Shown here piece after piece: positions 1 through 12,582 of a stretch of DNA of 64,000 bases. Position 1 is the stretch's first letter. Every line of letters starts with the position of its first letter. Made by a program: the position numbers and the translations under genes. The DNA is taken from assembly GCA_032718475.1 (NCBI GenBank), contig JAUCBJ010000648.1, positions 62,001 to 126,000 of the forward strand, given 5' to 3'. The notes under the pieces are model-generated. The model made no database searches. It had not been told where the DNA came from and saw nothing but the letters and a program-made list of their open reading frames with translations. This DNA comes from Nemertoderma westbladi. Taxonomy: Eukaryota; Animalia; Xenacoelomorpha.

Positions 1-556
1 CAAATAAAATCGGATAACGATATACGTTATCAAAAGGTAAATCAAACACAAATAATACGGACTAATTCAGCAATAAACAAAGAAATCGTACGGAATGCAT
101 AAATACTTGAGACAGTGGAACCCACAATAATTTTAACTAATACGGTAATGCCTAACTGATTTATGCAACTTTTCGAACTCACCCCCTCCAATAATTCTCC
201 AGAAAAACAGATTCCCAGATACAAACCGGATGTGAACCTTTCCGTTTCCAGCGTTGCGGACGAAGTGCGATTTTCCCAACCAAAATTGTTGAGTTATCTA
301 TCTCCCAAACTTGCGAAACACGGTCTTGCTCTCGTTACAGTCTAGAAATGAGCTCTGAATCCTGAAAAACAAAAGAGTTAGCACCGGTATTTTACCGGTT
401 TTTTAAACACCGGTATTCAATTCCAAATATTTTACACGCGGTTCAAATCAAAATTTTATTTCAAAAATTAGCACTTAGCTAATCAAATACAAATTTTTAC
501 CTCAAAATACAAATTTTCAAATAACTTAAGTCCTACTGAACCGTAGTTCAGTAAAA

Positions 557-643
557 CATATTCCTACTGAATTAGGAAATATGTTAAATAATACCATATT
601 CCTACTGAATTAGGAAATATGTTAAATAATACCATATTCCTAC
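557..643 (-). promoter_or_regulatory. Putative self-complementary primer-binding site of D, in three copies with a 38-bp period
   Basis: CATATTCCTAC on + at 557-567, 595-605 and 633-643; its reverse complement GTAGGAATATG lies at 1664-1674 inside the D LTR. Confidence 0.75.
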
Positions 644-2389
644 TGAAGCGAAGAGACGTACCTGATATCCTGCAATATCCTACTGTAAAGTTTGTGAATC
701 AAAACATAATCCGACCTTCTCACCAAAACAGTAAACTCTAAGTAAGCAAATCTATTGCAGTATCGGTCTCTTATAACCGGTGAGGCAGAAAACAGTCTAC
801 GAACAGACAAACTTCGATAAAACAAAATCCCGCGCAGCGAATCCTAAAATCGGGCTGACTCACTGACGGACTAAGGGCGCTCGTATACTTTGCCGCGGTG
901 TGATTTATATGTGGGTGAGAGATAGAGGCGCTAGCTAGGTGTCTAACTAGCGGGCAAAGTGCAGTACGGACAAAAATTATTTTATATATTTTGAGGTGTA
1001 AATAATTCCTAACGCATGTGTGTTTTGATTCTAACAGTCAAAATCAGTTTTAGATCCTTCATATATATAATTACTGGGTCCGGTGTACATTTTACAAATA
1101 TTCTAATTTTATAGCTTGTAGGTCCAATACTCACGAATGACAAGGCTCCTTCCCCTTTTGTGTATTTCCAGGACTCAAATTCAGGCATAAGGTTAATACT
1201 ACGCCCAGAATTCGGCAATTTAATTTACCAGGTCCCTAATACTAAGAAGAAATGTGTTAGTTTACTACAGTAGGCGTACAGTTACAAAATAGCTAGCCTG
1301 GTGTCCTATCTAGAATTTTGGTTGCCTAGGTGGGCACGGCAACTTCCTATCAGAATGTCGGCGGGGACACGGTAGATGTTAGTATCCCTAATAGCCTCAA
1401 TTTATATGCGCCTAGCAGTAAACTGCCCTACCGCCTGAACGGTACAATCCCAATTCAGGTAAAAACACAGTAACCCTTCCTGGCCTACAAGTTCTAATGC
1501 AAATGGACACCGTTGTACTACAAACGGCCACCGACGCACCTATACCTGGCAAATGAGTTAGGCGTACAGCTTGCTGCACCCTACTAATGTGTATGCCTTG
1601 TACTGGTGTGCCTGCGTTCTATCTGTGTACTAGTATCTCTCTGCCTGATCTCTTCCTCCCCCCGTAGGAATATGAAGGTCTACTGTGGGTTTTTCTGAAT
1701 TAAGACAGTACAGTCCCTAAATGTAATTTTTAGCGCACAGCGTGTCAGTACCTCTACCTTCGATCTTAGGTCTTACACTTAGGTAACGAGGCATCGAACG
1801 CTGTCTAACCTTTCAGGCGATGGGCGAATAACTAAGAATGGGTATTGCGGGTTGTCTCCTTCTACATTCCTCCGATGTTCCCGTCTATTGCCGCGGTCCG
1901 ATGTCTAGCCTGCCATCTGTCTCTCAGTTGTGTTCACCGTGGTGAAACATAGTAAAAGCAGATGTAACAAATACTTTCTAACTTTATTACAAATAAACAA
2001 TAACTAATATACAATAAATGTAACAAGACGTAGTAAGAAGTGAATGATTAGAAGATTAAGATAACTAATGAACAAATCGCACCCTTTTATAGCAAATTAG
2101 TGCTGCTAACAATCTAGATAAATCTCGATTGTTCTATGAGTTCTACTAGGTTTTTAAAGATAATCATTGGTCCAGCAAACACGTATCTTGCACGATATTG
2201 GTTACTATCTAATAACTGCAATCGCATTGGTTAATCTACCTTAAGCAGATAAAATTAAATCGTAGCGGTTAATTCAAATGAGTTGAAACTTAGCACAAAA
2301 AATAATTCACACTTGCTAGGATTAGAACTCGATACCTACTACACGATTTTCTAACGCATAACCGACTGTGCTAGGCTTGGGGTGAAACA
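644..2389 (-). repeat. LTR of element D (TG...CA)
   Basis: Homologous to B LTRs; ends ...CGCTTCA on minus at the position equivalent to the B LTR end; TATA (TTTTATA on +, 2085-2091). Confidence 0.75.
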
Positions 2390-5184
2390 GACTGCTGGGA
2401 GGGGGGAAAAAAAAATAAGAAAACCAGCAGGAAAACAATGTAAAACAGAAAGGGGAAAAGAGGGAAAAGGGAAGAAAAAAAGAAAAAATGTGAAAACATT
2501 AGACATATTGCTGAAATGATTTATTTTATAAGTAGATAAAAAAAGTATTGTTTTCATTTTTAAATAGGACATTATTTTAACTACTTCCATTGAAACCCCA
2601 GTCAAAAATGTTCATGCGTATCGCATGTGGGTCACGCATCTAATTCGCATGCAAATCGCATGGGAAAGTGTCGGGACCTTTAGAAGCGATACGCATGCGG
2701 ATATCATGCGAAGTACCCATGCGTATCGCACGTGTCTAGCATGCGATTCTCTTCAGTGTAGAATAAACCAATGGCCATATATGACCAAATAAATTAACCC
2801 TATCTGGTCCGGTCTATTTCACTACTCAATTGGCCCAGGGGGGGGGGGGGCAGAGGGGGGTCATTTTAGACATTTGTTTATATCTTGGCTCAAAAATTAT
2901 AATTTCAATGGTTTAAAGGTTTTCGAGGTCGCTGTTTACGATAAAACTTGTTAAAAAAATATTCTGGCAATGCAACCATCATTTTTAGTGCCATCTGGTG
3001 CTCCAGAATGAAAAGTACAAAGTAGCAAAAATTTCAAACTGTTAAATTTTGCCTTTGGTTTGATAAGTCTAAAGCTATACTGGTTTTCAAGGTCGCTGAT
3101 CTTGATACAACTCGTTAAAATCATTCGTGGGAATATGAATGCAACTATGATCGTCGGTGCTTGTCTGCTCTGGGACGAAAAATACAAGTAGCATAAAATT
3201 TCAAACGACAAAAATCGAATTTGATCGGATAATATGATATTGAGTGGCATATATGTGATCTACAGTAGCATCCTAAAAAACACCTTATGTCATAAAATCA
3301 GGTTGATATTTGGTAATGATTTTGGAATATCAAATTTGTGCTACTTGTATTTTTCGTGCTGCACATTGACACATCCAAAAATGCCGTAATTAACAAGGTA
3401 CGATATTTTTTAGTGTCATATTCGTGATCATGGATCAGCATCCCGAAAAACTCAAGGTGAAAATCAATTTGATTTCGTGGTGATATTTAATTATCATATT
3501 TTATTATCATAATTGAAAGACATTGTCGGACAATGTCAGAGAAAGTGAGTGGCACACACTGTCGGACAATATAACACAGGTGGTTCGAGTAAATTACGGC
3601 GAATAAAGATACAAAAAAACAAAGAAAGAAAAGATACAAGAAATGTTAAAGATATATGCTTTGATGTAATAACTTCAACGATAAACTATTACTATACATA
3701 ATGTAATTTTTCTAGAATAAAAAGAACATTTCCAGTAAACAGAAAACATTGCCGATAAAGTTTTTACATTTATTAAAAATTCAATTTCATTGATAAAAAT
3801 AATGAATCTATAAACAATGCAGGAGTGGGAAATAATCTGCGCTATAATAACTTTTAAGAAACGAGAATAAAGACACAGATATAAAAAAGAACAATAATAC
3901 CTCGTAATGGACATTGTAAGAACGTAGGCCATATTTTTTATAATTTATTTACTCCAACATTAATAAGCGCCAAATTTATAACATGGAAACGTAGACATAA
4001 TCGCCTCAACCATTAAGCAATGGAATGTCAGTGATTTAGAATCCCATCCCTCGGTGCCAGCACCCCCACATAGCGCCGCCAACCCATCCATCCATTGGTT
4101 GAGATCGGTATCGTCCTTAGCAACGAACAACCACTCAGGGCCGCCTTTTTAACATTTAAAGTTTATTTAACATATTAACAATCTTAATGATATTATTTCA
4201 TACAATAAGCAGGACAAAATAATCTCCACTCCAGTTAAAGTTTAACGGTATATACTATATATCCATCCATCTTACTCATCGCTGTCACTATCAAGTATTA
4301 TTAGTTGCATGGCCAATGGAATTTGGTCCTGGAAATGGCAGAGGTAAAGATAACGATGATTTACCACGTCTGGGTTGATGGTTCTCTTCACACGATAACA
4401 GCAAGGGTGGACCAATCAACTGATAGCTCCTGAAATGAGGTCGTCGATTACTCCGGATATCCTGGGTTTGAATTTCCTTCCGGAGTTGTTTTAATGAATA
4501 ACCATTAGCTTTCATGTCCCGACATAATAATTTAGTAAGGAAATTTAGTAAGGAAGGTATAGAAGTTATTGTCAATCATATTATTACTATGTATTATAAT
4601 TTCAGCTCTATAATATTCACCACCACCATATTTCACTTCATATGTATTAACTTTGCCAATTAAATCCCATTGAAAATTCCTAACTTCTCTCTCTAAGTCA
4701 ACCGCCCATATTGCTTTGTCATGCCGACAATATACAATTGCGTGTGTAATATCCATATCAATTGTTTAGAACATTTAGAACATCTATTTGAGATATTGCT
4801 GTTTTAATCCGTGAATAATAATCGGGTATAATAATAATCGCATAATAATGCAGTGATAATACAGTAATACAGTAATAATAAAGAATAGGGCCTAGTCTAC
4901 ATCAGATGTCATGATATATGATGCCTTGGGCTGAATTTTGAATAATAGAGAAGCTATTGAACCCCTAACCCTACAGCACCGGTAGGTATATTAAACAGCC
5001 TCTGCCTATTGCTCAGCCTCTGCCTATTGCTATAATAATAGGCTGATAATAGACCCCTAACAGCCTAAGGCAGGTATAGTATATAGATAGGCAGCGTCAC
5101 TGAAAGTACAATTTATAGTATTTAAATTTCCCTCTACTACCAGAGAACTCAATATTCTCACTGGATTTTACACTTACCTTAGCA

Positions 5185-5285
5185 GCTCCCTACCACGCAC
5201 CTTAACAAGCTACCACCGACCTTAGCACGCTACCACCGACCTTAGCACACTACCACCGACCTTAGCTTTTACCACGCACCTTAGG
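5185..5285. repeat. About 20-bp minisatellite (TACCACCGACCTTAGCACGC-like)
   Basis: About 5 degenerate copies visible. Confidence 0.7.
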
Positions 5286-5451
5286 CATTCCTACTCATGA
5301 CAGCATGAGCTACTGAACCACTTAAACAATGTTATACAAATAGATATAGTAAATGCAAATGAGGACTTAATGTAATCTTTATAGCAAATTAATTCGAACA
5401 AAATAAAATTTTGAAAATCCACGGCTTTATGGGGATATAATTCTATAGTCC

Positions 5452-6512
5452 AATCTTTGCACAGGCTATCCAACATTTATCCCATTTTTGCACAGGCTAT
5501 CCAACAGTTATCCAATTTTTGCACAGGCTATCCAACAGTTATCCAATTTTTGCACAGCTTATCCAACAGTTATCCAATCTTTGCAGAGGCTATCCAACAG
5601 TTATCCAATCTTTGCACAGGCTATCCAACAGTTATCCAATCTTTGCACTGGCTATCCAACAGTTAACCAATTTTTGCAGAGGCTATCCAACAATTATCGA
5701 AAATGTATTTAAAAAGGCAAAGGTCTCACGGCTCTCTGGGATTTCAATTTTACATTTATTAAGAGCAGGTCTCCTTGAAATAATTTTATAGTTGTACCAG
5801 TACCATATACTATGGCTAAACTGAGATCAGGATAGCATCCTTTCTTATATATAGTATTGTCTTTATGGGCTGACCGATTTTTAATTAATTAGGCCTAATT
5901 AATCCTCATCATTTAATAAATTAATCCCGCCTTCCAGTAGTTAGTGGCGTTGTTCTTTCGAAGCTCTACAGTTCACTGAGCGACTGGACTGGACCTTCTC
6001 TCTCTTGGCTCATCTACTCATCCCCAATAATACACCTTATTGTCATCGCGAGTAACAACTATCTCCATTGTTGTACCAAATTCACAACAGTGACTGGGAT
6101 GAGGTAGGCCTATGGAGAGGGGACGACGGACATCGGTATGTCGGGAAACATTGACGGAGGATGGGGACGAACAAACGACTTTCATCACTCAATACTTTCG
6201 ATATACGCCAATGTTCTTCGTTACACAGGCAACAATGTTAGGAAGCGCCAGCAGGCACGCATTTGATTCTACGTCGTCAGAAGGAAATCCGAAGACAAGA
6301 CGGAAACCATTCCAGGGTTCGGTTCCGATATAATCGGTCAGCCCATAAATACAATACTGGTACTATAACAAAGGCTGCATATCCTGATATCAGTACGTGG
6401 TACCGGTACAAAACTTTTTTTCGCCATTATAAATTCATATTCGATAACTGTTGGATAGCCAGTGCACAGATTGGATAACTGTTGGATAGCCTGTGCAAAA
6501 ATTGGATAACTG
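5452..6512. mobile_element. Possible foldback/MITE-like element with arms made of a 31-bp repeat
   Basis: About 8 copies of ATCTTTGCACAGGCTATCCAACAGTTATCCA at 5452-5695 and about 2 inverted copies at 6444-6512; no TSD identified. Confidence 0.5.
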
Positions 6513-6734
6513 TTATAACCGGTAACAACTGTCAGTAAATATTACTATCCCAAATATAACACCAATGGAATACTAAATATAGACGAAACTGCAAAATTTC
6601 ATCAATTTTTTTGGACCCGAAATAATTTTTCAGCTATACTTAGTATAAACAATTTATTCAACCATATAAATATATTTTAGAATACTAAATAGAAAAGTCG
6701 GACAAGTTGTATAGTTATCTCGTTCGATCCATTA

Positions 6735-7891
6735 CTAGATTCCATAGACTTCCTTAGCATTTAAATAGTCCAGATTGTCCTCATTCAATGCGGATTGGTT
6801 GATTATTCCAGCTCCGGTAACTTCTGATTGGTTGACATATATTGGGGATACTGTCTTACTCATGCATGCACGGTTATCTGATTGGTTGTTCATTGAGGAT
6901 TCCACTACTTGTGATTGGTTAACATAAAGTGAAGGCACCGATTGAGTGATTCCAGAAGAGCCATTAAATCGGTTGTTAATGAAAGGTGCATCATTATCAG
7001 CTGTGTTGGTATTATCTCGCCCTCTCCCCTCCACTACTGTGTTGGTATTCTCTCGCCCTCTCCCCTCCACTACTGTGTTGGTATTCTCTCGCCCTCTCCC
7101 CTCCACTACTGTGTTGGTATTCTCTTGTCCTTTCTCCTCCACTGTGTTGGTATTCTCTCGCCCTCTCCCCTCCACTACTGTGTTGGTATTCTCTCGCCCT
7201 CTCCCCTCCACTACTGTGTTGGTATTCTCTCGCCCTCTCCCCTCCACTACTGTGTTGCTATTCTCTTGTCCTTTCTCCTCCACTGTGTTGGTATTCTCTC
7301 GCCCTCTCCCCTCCACTACTGTGTTGGTATTCTCTCGCCCTCTCCCCTCCACTACTGTGTTGGTATTCTCCACAGTGATTGTGTTCTGGCAATTTGTATC
7401 AGTTTCTGTAGTTACCTTGTTTCTACCAACTTTAGATTCATCGATAGTATCATAGGGATGCTCTTCATTTATGATCTGATCATCTCGACTACTGGAGGTA
7501 AGCGGAGTAAGATTGACAGGTGACTGATTGGTTGATGGGTGATTTACAGACCTCTCATTGGCTGTTTGATTTATAGTTATGCCATTGGAAGGTGGAATTA
7601 GATAGCTCTCATTGGCTGGTTGGTTTCGAAAACTCTCAGTGGCTAATGACCGATTGTTTGAAGCTCGAATGGCTGGTATCTCTAATTCTTCGTAGGGGTG
7701 ACTCGGGATGTTAGCTGGACCATCCAGTCCATATACAACTGTGTCATCGTAGACAGGACTACGAGGTTTTCTATTCCGATATCTTTTGAGTAAAATGATT
7801 GCCAATACGACTATAACAATCACTGCAAATCCACATCCAACAACACCTCCAATGATTGCAGCAGAGGAATTGGAATTTGTAGGAATTTCAT
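6735..7891 (-). CDS. Last coding exon of an Ig/FN3 type-I membrane receptor: transmembrane helix and cytoplasmic tail
   Basis: Acceptor AG at 7893-7892; reads DEIPTNSNSSAAIIGGVVGCGFAVIVIVVLAIILLKRYRNRK..., stop at 6735; AATAAA on minus at about 6652-6657; phase matches the upstream exon. Confidence 0.85.
7000..7376 (-). repeat. In-frame 39/36-bp coding minisatellite (ENTNTVVEGRGR / ENTNTVEEKGQ)
   Basis: About 9-10 units in the cytoplasmic tail. Confidence 0.95.
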
Positions 7892-8951
7892 CTAAAAATA
7901 TAACAATAATAAAATTTTGAGTGAATAATGAAGAATAAGTGAACTTGAATCGATTTTGGGAATGAAGATACGGTTGGCTACATCACATTCAAAATATAAT
8001 AAAAGCGGTTCTGTATGTCAGAAAGCGTGCAGGATATATTGGGATATTTGTATGAGATATATATATATTTATTATTTACCTTATTTAATCCAGGCTCCAA
8101 AGGAGCAACCCATAAAAAACAATAATAATAATATAATATAAAATATAGTGCGATATAAATAATAATAAAGATTCACATGTTAACCCAACACACAAGATGT
8201 GAAACATCTTTAATAACAGTTAATGTCGACAGTCGTCAGGAAGTGCGTCCTTCTGATCGTTTGAACATAACCTGCTAGGATGGTGTTCTTCAGTATGTAC
8301 CATCTGATGCAGAGGATCGTCGATCCGGAATTCCTACGGATAGGACCTACCTAAGGGGAATGCATGAACTAAGCAGCATTGAGTGGGTTGTCTAGTCAAT
8401 GTCTAGGATTTTTCATAGATTAAATATAAAACTCAATGATCGATTATTTAGAGAAGCAGTAGAACCAGTAACTCCTAAATGAATGGCCAAATGGACTCTA
8501 AAGGTCACTAAATATCTGGACTTATAAAAGAATGCTAAGCCGCGGTCATTGAGTCAAGTACAATAGATAAATATCCAGCCAGCCCCATACAGCATCGACG
8601 GTGTCTCAATAGTCAACCAAACTTGAAACTAATATAGAACCGCCTCCGCTTTACAGGACATTGCTTTTGCCTTGATAACTATCCGGTGGAGAACATGCCT
8701 TTGCGTTATCTCTGCATTTTGAAGAGAATAAGCATGGTGGACAGTTGATGACTTTTTTGAGATGTCTCTCAAAGTACAAGAATCAAACATAGGCTTATTT
8801 AGGTTGCAGTGTTCAATCGATTCAGTCAGATATATATCAACAACAATACACAAAATTTAGAAGGCAGAAATTAATTAAAATTCTGACTCTAAATTAATAC
8901 AATGCAGTTGTTCTATAGTGTATATAAATTAATAAAAAAAAATTGTCTCAC

Positions 8952-9581
8952 CATATAAACGAAATGGTTCTCCAACAACTGGAATAGTTGGATCGCGGCA
9001 ACCGAACTTATTACAGGCCACCACTGAGAAGTAATGCCGTTCATTGGGTAATCCTGAGACGATTATAGTTGAATCAGTTGTATTTCCTGTTGTTATAGTA
9101 ACAATATTTCCTTTACTGTTGTTGTACTCAACTCTAAACCATTGATTAGATCCACCATTGAATCCTGGTGTCCAACTAACTATAACTCTGGAATTATCAA
9201 CTGCTTCTACTTTAACTCCAGTCGGCATATGTGGAGGTCCTATAGGTTCCAACCTAACGTCACATTCAACCTCAGTATTACTGCTAGGGATACCATTTCC
9301 AACCCTCCCAAAGTAGGTTAGATTAATATCATCTCTCGTTACATCATATATAGTTAGATTTAAAACAGCTGTACTTTTATACTCAGAGTTTTCCACTACA
9401 AATGATGTTCTATATTTATCACCATCGGGCAGCTTCTCATTTAAGTTAGCTCCACTAATCCAATAGACACTCGATTCAATAACAGCTGGATAACTTTCCA
9501 TTGTACATGTTAGAGTAACGACATTCCCAACATCCCCTATAACAGTTCGCTCTGTGTCTTTGTGAATCCAAATGGGTTTGT
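8952..9581 (-). CDS. Internal exon encoding an Ig-like domain and a fibronectin type III domain
   Basis: Acceptor TTTTCTTAG ending at 9582, donor GTGAG starting at 8951; KPIW...VTLTCTMESYP...VYW...LNLTIYDVTRDD, then GPPHMPTGV...VSWTPGFNGGSNQWFRVEY...YFSVVACNKFG (nephrin-like Ig-FN3 junction). Confidence 0.85.
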
Positions 9582-9762
9582 CTAAGAAAATAGAAAAACA
9601 ATTTTATTCTTGAATTGTTACTTTTTCGCTCGAATGTACCCAAAATCGAGAAATAATTACTACTTTTTTCCCTAGGGAAAAAAGAAAGCCATATGATTGC
9701 ATTGATTTTACTTTTAACCAGCGAAGTAAAATAAAATAATTTATAATATATTTTTGGTGGAG

Positions 9763-9962
9763 TCGCAATAGCTTTTGAGAGTGTGAATGTATTTTGCTCA
9801 AATTACTTGCAAACCTTTTCTACTTTGATGCTCTTTCATATAGAAAATTAAAAATAATTAACCACAATTATTTTTAATTTTCTATATTAAAGAGCATCAA
9901 AGTAGAAAAGGTTTGTATGTAATTTGAGCAAAATCCATTCACACTCTCAAAAGCTATTGCGA
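9763..9962. repeat. 200-bp near-perfect inverted repeat (hairpin/MITE-like)
   Basis: TCGCAATAGCTTTTGAGAGTGTGAATG...CATTCACACTCTCAAAAGCTATTGCGA; arms about 97 bp with a short spacer. Confidence 0.9.
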
Positions 9963-10282
9963 ATTTAGTGTCTGCAAGTCGAACCCCAAAACGGAAGTCA
10001 ATATCCAATATTGGTTTATGTTGTTAAGCGGCTCTCTAGATACGTAATAAATATTCTAGAACACTAAATTATTTAACATTGAGTAAGGCAGCATCAGGAG
10101 TTGGAGTGTACAATAATTTGAATCAAATACTTACACTAATTACATTAACACTAATTACAATCAACTCATCACTACTTGGCAACGGGTAATTACATTTATA
10201 GGACATAGGCAAGGCAGGCACTATTAGTGTAAAGTGACTAATAAGCCAGCTTGCTTATTGTTTATCTATATAACTATAGGCA

Positions 10283-10324
10283 ATGGAAATGGAATGGAAA
10301 TGGAAATGGAAATGGAAATGGAAA
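10283..10324 (+). repeat. (GGAAAT)n microsatellite
   Basis: About 7 units seen directly. Confidence 0.9.
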
Positions 10325-10517
10325 GTTTTTATTTACTTCTATAAGTAAAAACGCACCAACATGCACAACACAATAAAATAAGATCATTTTTTTAAACATT
10401 CACTGAGTGACTGATAGAGGCCGTATCTAAATAATCAAATATTAATATACATATAGTATACTATACAATACACCGATATAAAAACAAATTTATTACTATT
10501 GGTAAGTATGTTGGTGT

Positions 10518-11045
10518 ATGCGATATACAATATAAAATAAGTATGTAAGATATTGTTTTTAAAATACATAAAATAAATTAAAATAAGTCTGTAGGATAGT
10601 GATCATAAAATAGAAACAAACAGCACATTAAAATACTTAAAATTTAATAAAATAAAATAAAATGATTTAAGATTTAATTATTTTAAGTTAGTAGTTTTAT
10701 TCTTAAAATAAGCCGTGTTTAATAAAATAAGCATATTATGTAATGTAGGTTTATTGAATTAAAATAATGTATTTAAAATAATGGACGTATGTTAAAATAT
10801 GCGATATACAATATAAAATAAGTATGTAGTGAATTATTTTTAAAATACATAAAATAAATTAAAATAAGTCTGTACGATAGTGATCTTAAAATAGAAACAA
10901 ACAACACATTAAAATATTAAAATACTTAAAAATTAATAAAATAAAATGTTTTAAGTTAGTAGTTTTATTCTTAAAATAAGCAATGTTTAATAAAATAAGT
11001 ATATTATGTAGGTTTATTGAATTAAAATAATGTAGAAATAATGTA
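10518..11045. repeat. AT-rich tandem duplication of about 280 bp, flanked by copies of a roughly 75-bp repeat (10205-10282, 11186-11315)
   Basis: ATGCGATATACAATATAAAATAAGTATGTA at about 10518 and 10799; AGGCAAGGCAG.CACTA.TAGT.TAAAGTGACTAAT three times. Confidence 0.8.
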
Positions 11046-12239
11046 TTTAAAGTAATGAAATATTGAAATAAAAATATAAAAGTTTATGTTCTTTTGGACT
11101 ATTATTATGGTAGATTACGGAATGCTTTCAAGTATGAGGTCAAATCAACATCACGTAATAGAGTTTTAAAGGCAGGCAGTTTTAAAGGCAAGGCAGACAC
11201 TATTAGTGTAAAGTGACTAATAAGCCAGCTTGTTTATTATTTATCTATATAACTATAGGCAAGGCAGGCACTACTAGTTTAAAGTGACTAATAAACCAGC
11301 TTGCTTATTATTTATCTCGCAAAATGATTCCCCGGAGTATTCTGAGTTAGAATCATTAGCTAAATAATTTATTTGAGGTGTTGACATGATACATTAATAT
11401 TTCAGTATCAATGCTATCGGCTTAAGGTAAGTTTTAATAATTTTTACAAATTGGGTTGCCTCCGCACCTAAAAACATATTACTTTTAAAACACAAATTTC
11501 CTGTTAATACCTCTGCCTTTCATTAATCCTCTGTGCTCCTTTGGGTTGGGGTGGTGCAGATTAAGAGGGCGGTTGAAGCGAAGGGGGGAACTTTCCTCTC
11601 TTCTTTGATTTATTCTTATTGGCAGTTTGGTTAAATTTCTTATTTATTCATTGAAATGTCTTAAGTACCGATTTTGGGATATAATTGCTCAGTTTTAATC
11701 TGTATCTGATAACTGAGCCTCGTCCTGCAAGAAGGCTCCACGAACTAAAAAAAGTATTTTTGTACTAAAATGTCATGAGAAAGTTGAACGTTCGCATTTC
11801 TCATTCTGAAAGTCTACTGACTGTAAATACAGATGAGGGACAAAGAATTCTATGAAATAAAATATTTTATTGAAACTCGTATGTACCCAATTGATGTTGG
11901 AAATGACAAAAAAAGGTAAAAGATCTAATTTCCATAGGAAATGCTTAAAAATATGAACTTGATTCAGGTAATTTTTTAGAAGAATTATTGACAATAAAAA
12001 AAGTACGCTGCATTGTGAACCTGGAAGAACCAAATAATCCAAATAATTTCATTAAAACATTTAATGAAGGCGATGAAATTAGTTGCGAGGCCGGCAACGC
12101 ACTGGCAGGAAGAGATTGGAAAAATTGTTGCTAATGGGGTGGGGTGCTTATTGTGGTCAATGCAGTCCGATGATAAAAATGTAATAATTATGAATACTAA
12201 TAATTACTAGGATCGGCATGCTGCATTGCAGCTGCATTT

Positions 12240-12458
12240 TTAAGAATGCTGTGCCGGCTTGTCAACAAAATTGCACCGCCACAACTCCTTATCACCCATG
12301 ACATTTGCTAGATCATCCGCATCTTCAAGGTCAGTGTCCTTTAAGATGCGTCTCAAGAAAGTCATGGGCTGTCCACCATGCTTATTCACTCCATGAGGCT
12401 GCCAAAGTACAATATTATGCACTGGCTGGTCCTCACAGCGAAAGCAATGTCGTGCAAA
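12240..12458 (-). mobile_element. 3' fragment of an RTE-like non-LTR retrotransposon
   Basis: FARHCFRCEDQPVHNIVLWQP...GGQPMTF...DTDLE...VMGDKELWR resembles the C-terminal tail of RTE-clade ORF2 proteins (GH..R...LW.P...GRP...M.DR..WR). Confidence 0.65.
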
Positions 12459-12494
12459 GGATTACTAATAATTGAGGAATAGTAGGCCTATAAG

Positions 12495-12573
12495 GGGATT
12501 CATTTAAACCTAGATTGTATTGAATCCCGCTAATAAAGGGATTTATTTAAACCTAGGTTGTATTGAATCCCGT
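12495..12573. repeat. Two monomers of the 43-bp satellite
   Basis: GGGATTCATTTAAACCTAGATTGTATTGAATCCC, same unit as 54769-64000. Confidence 0.95.
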
Positions 12574-12582
12574 TTTTCTACA

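Larger units (their letters stand above)
1..2389 (-). mobile_element. Element D: 5' LTR and leader of a BEL/Pao LTR retrotransposon related to element B; the rest lies outside the window
   Basis: Reverse complement aligns along its length with B LTR and leader (about 20570-22960); the short translation ...SGLYLGICFSGELLE... is shared with B. The outer end (TGTTTC at 2389) is inferred from one copy only. Confidence 0.85.

Noticed and set aside
2795-3480. piggyBac-like end (TTAACCC) and DNA-transposon relic
   Set aside because: No matching opposite terminus or transposase found.
5457-7523. Plus-strand repetitive ORFs, and antisense ORFs over the Gag repeats
   Set aside because: By-products of stop-free tandem repeats.
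8180-8620. Degenerate LINE 3' fragment in the intron
   Set aside because: Only a vague resemblance; no convincing motif.
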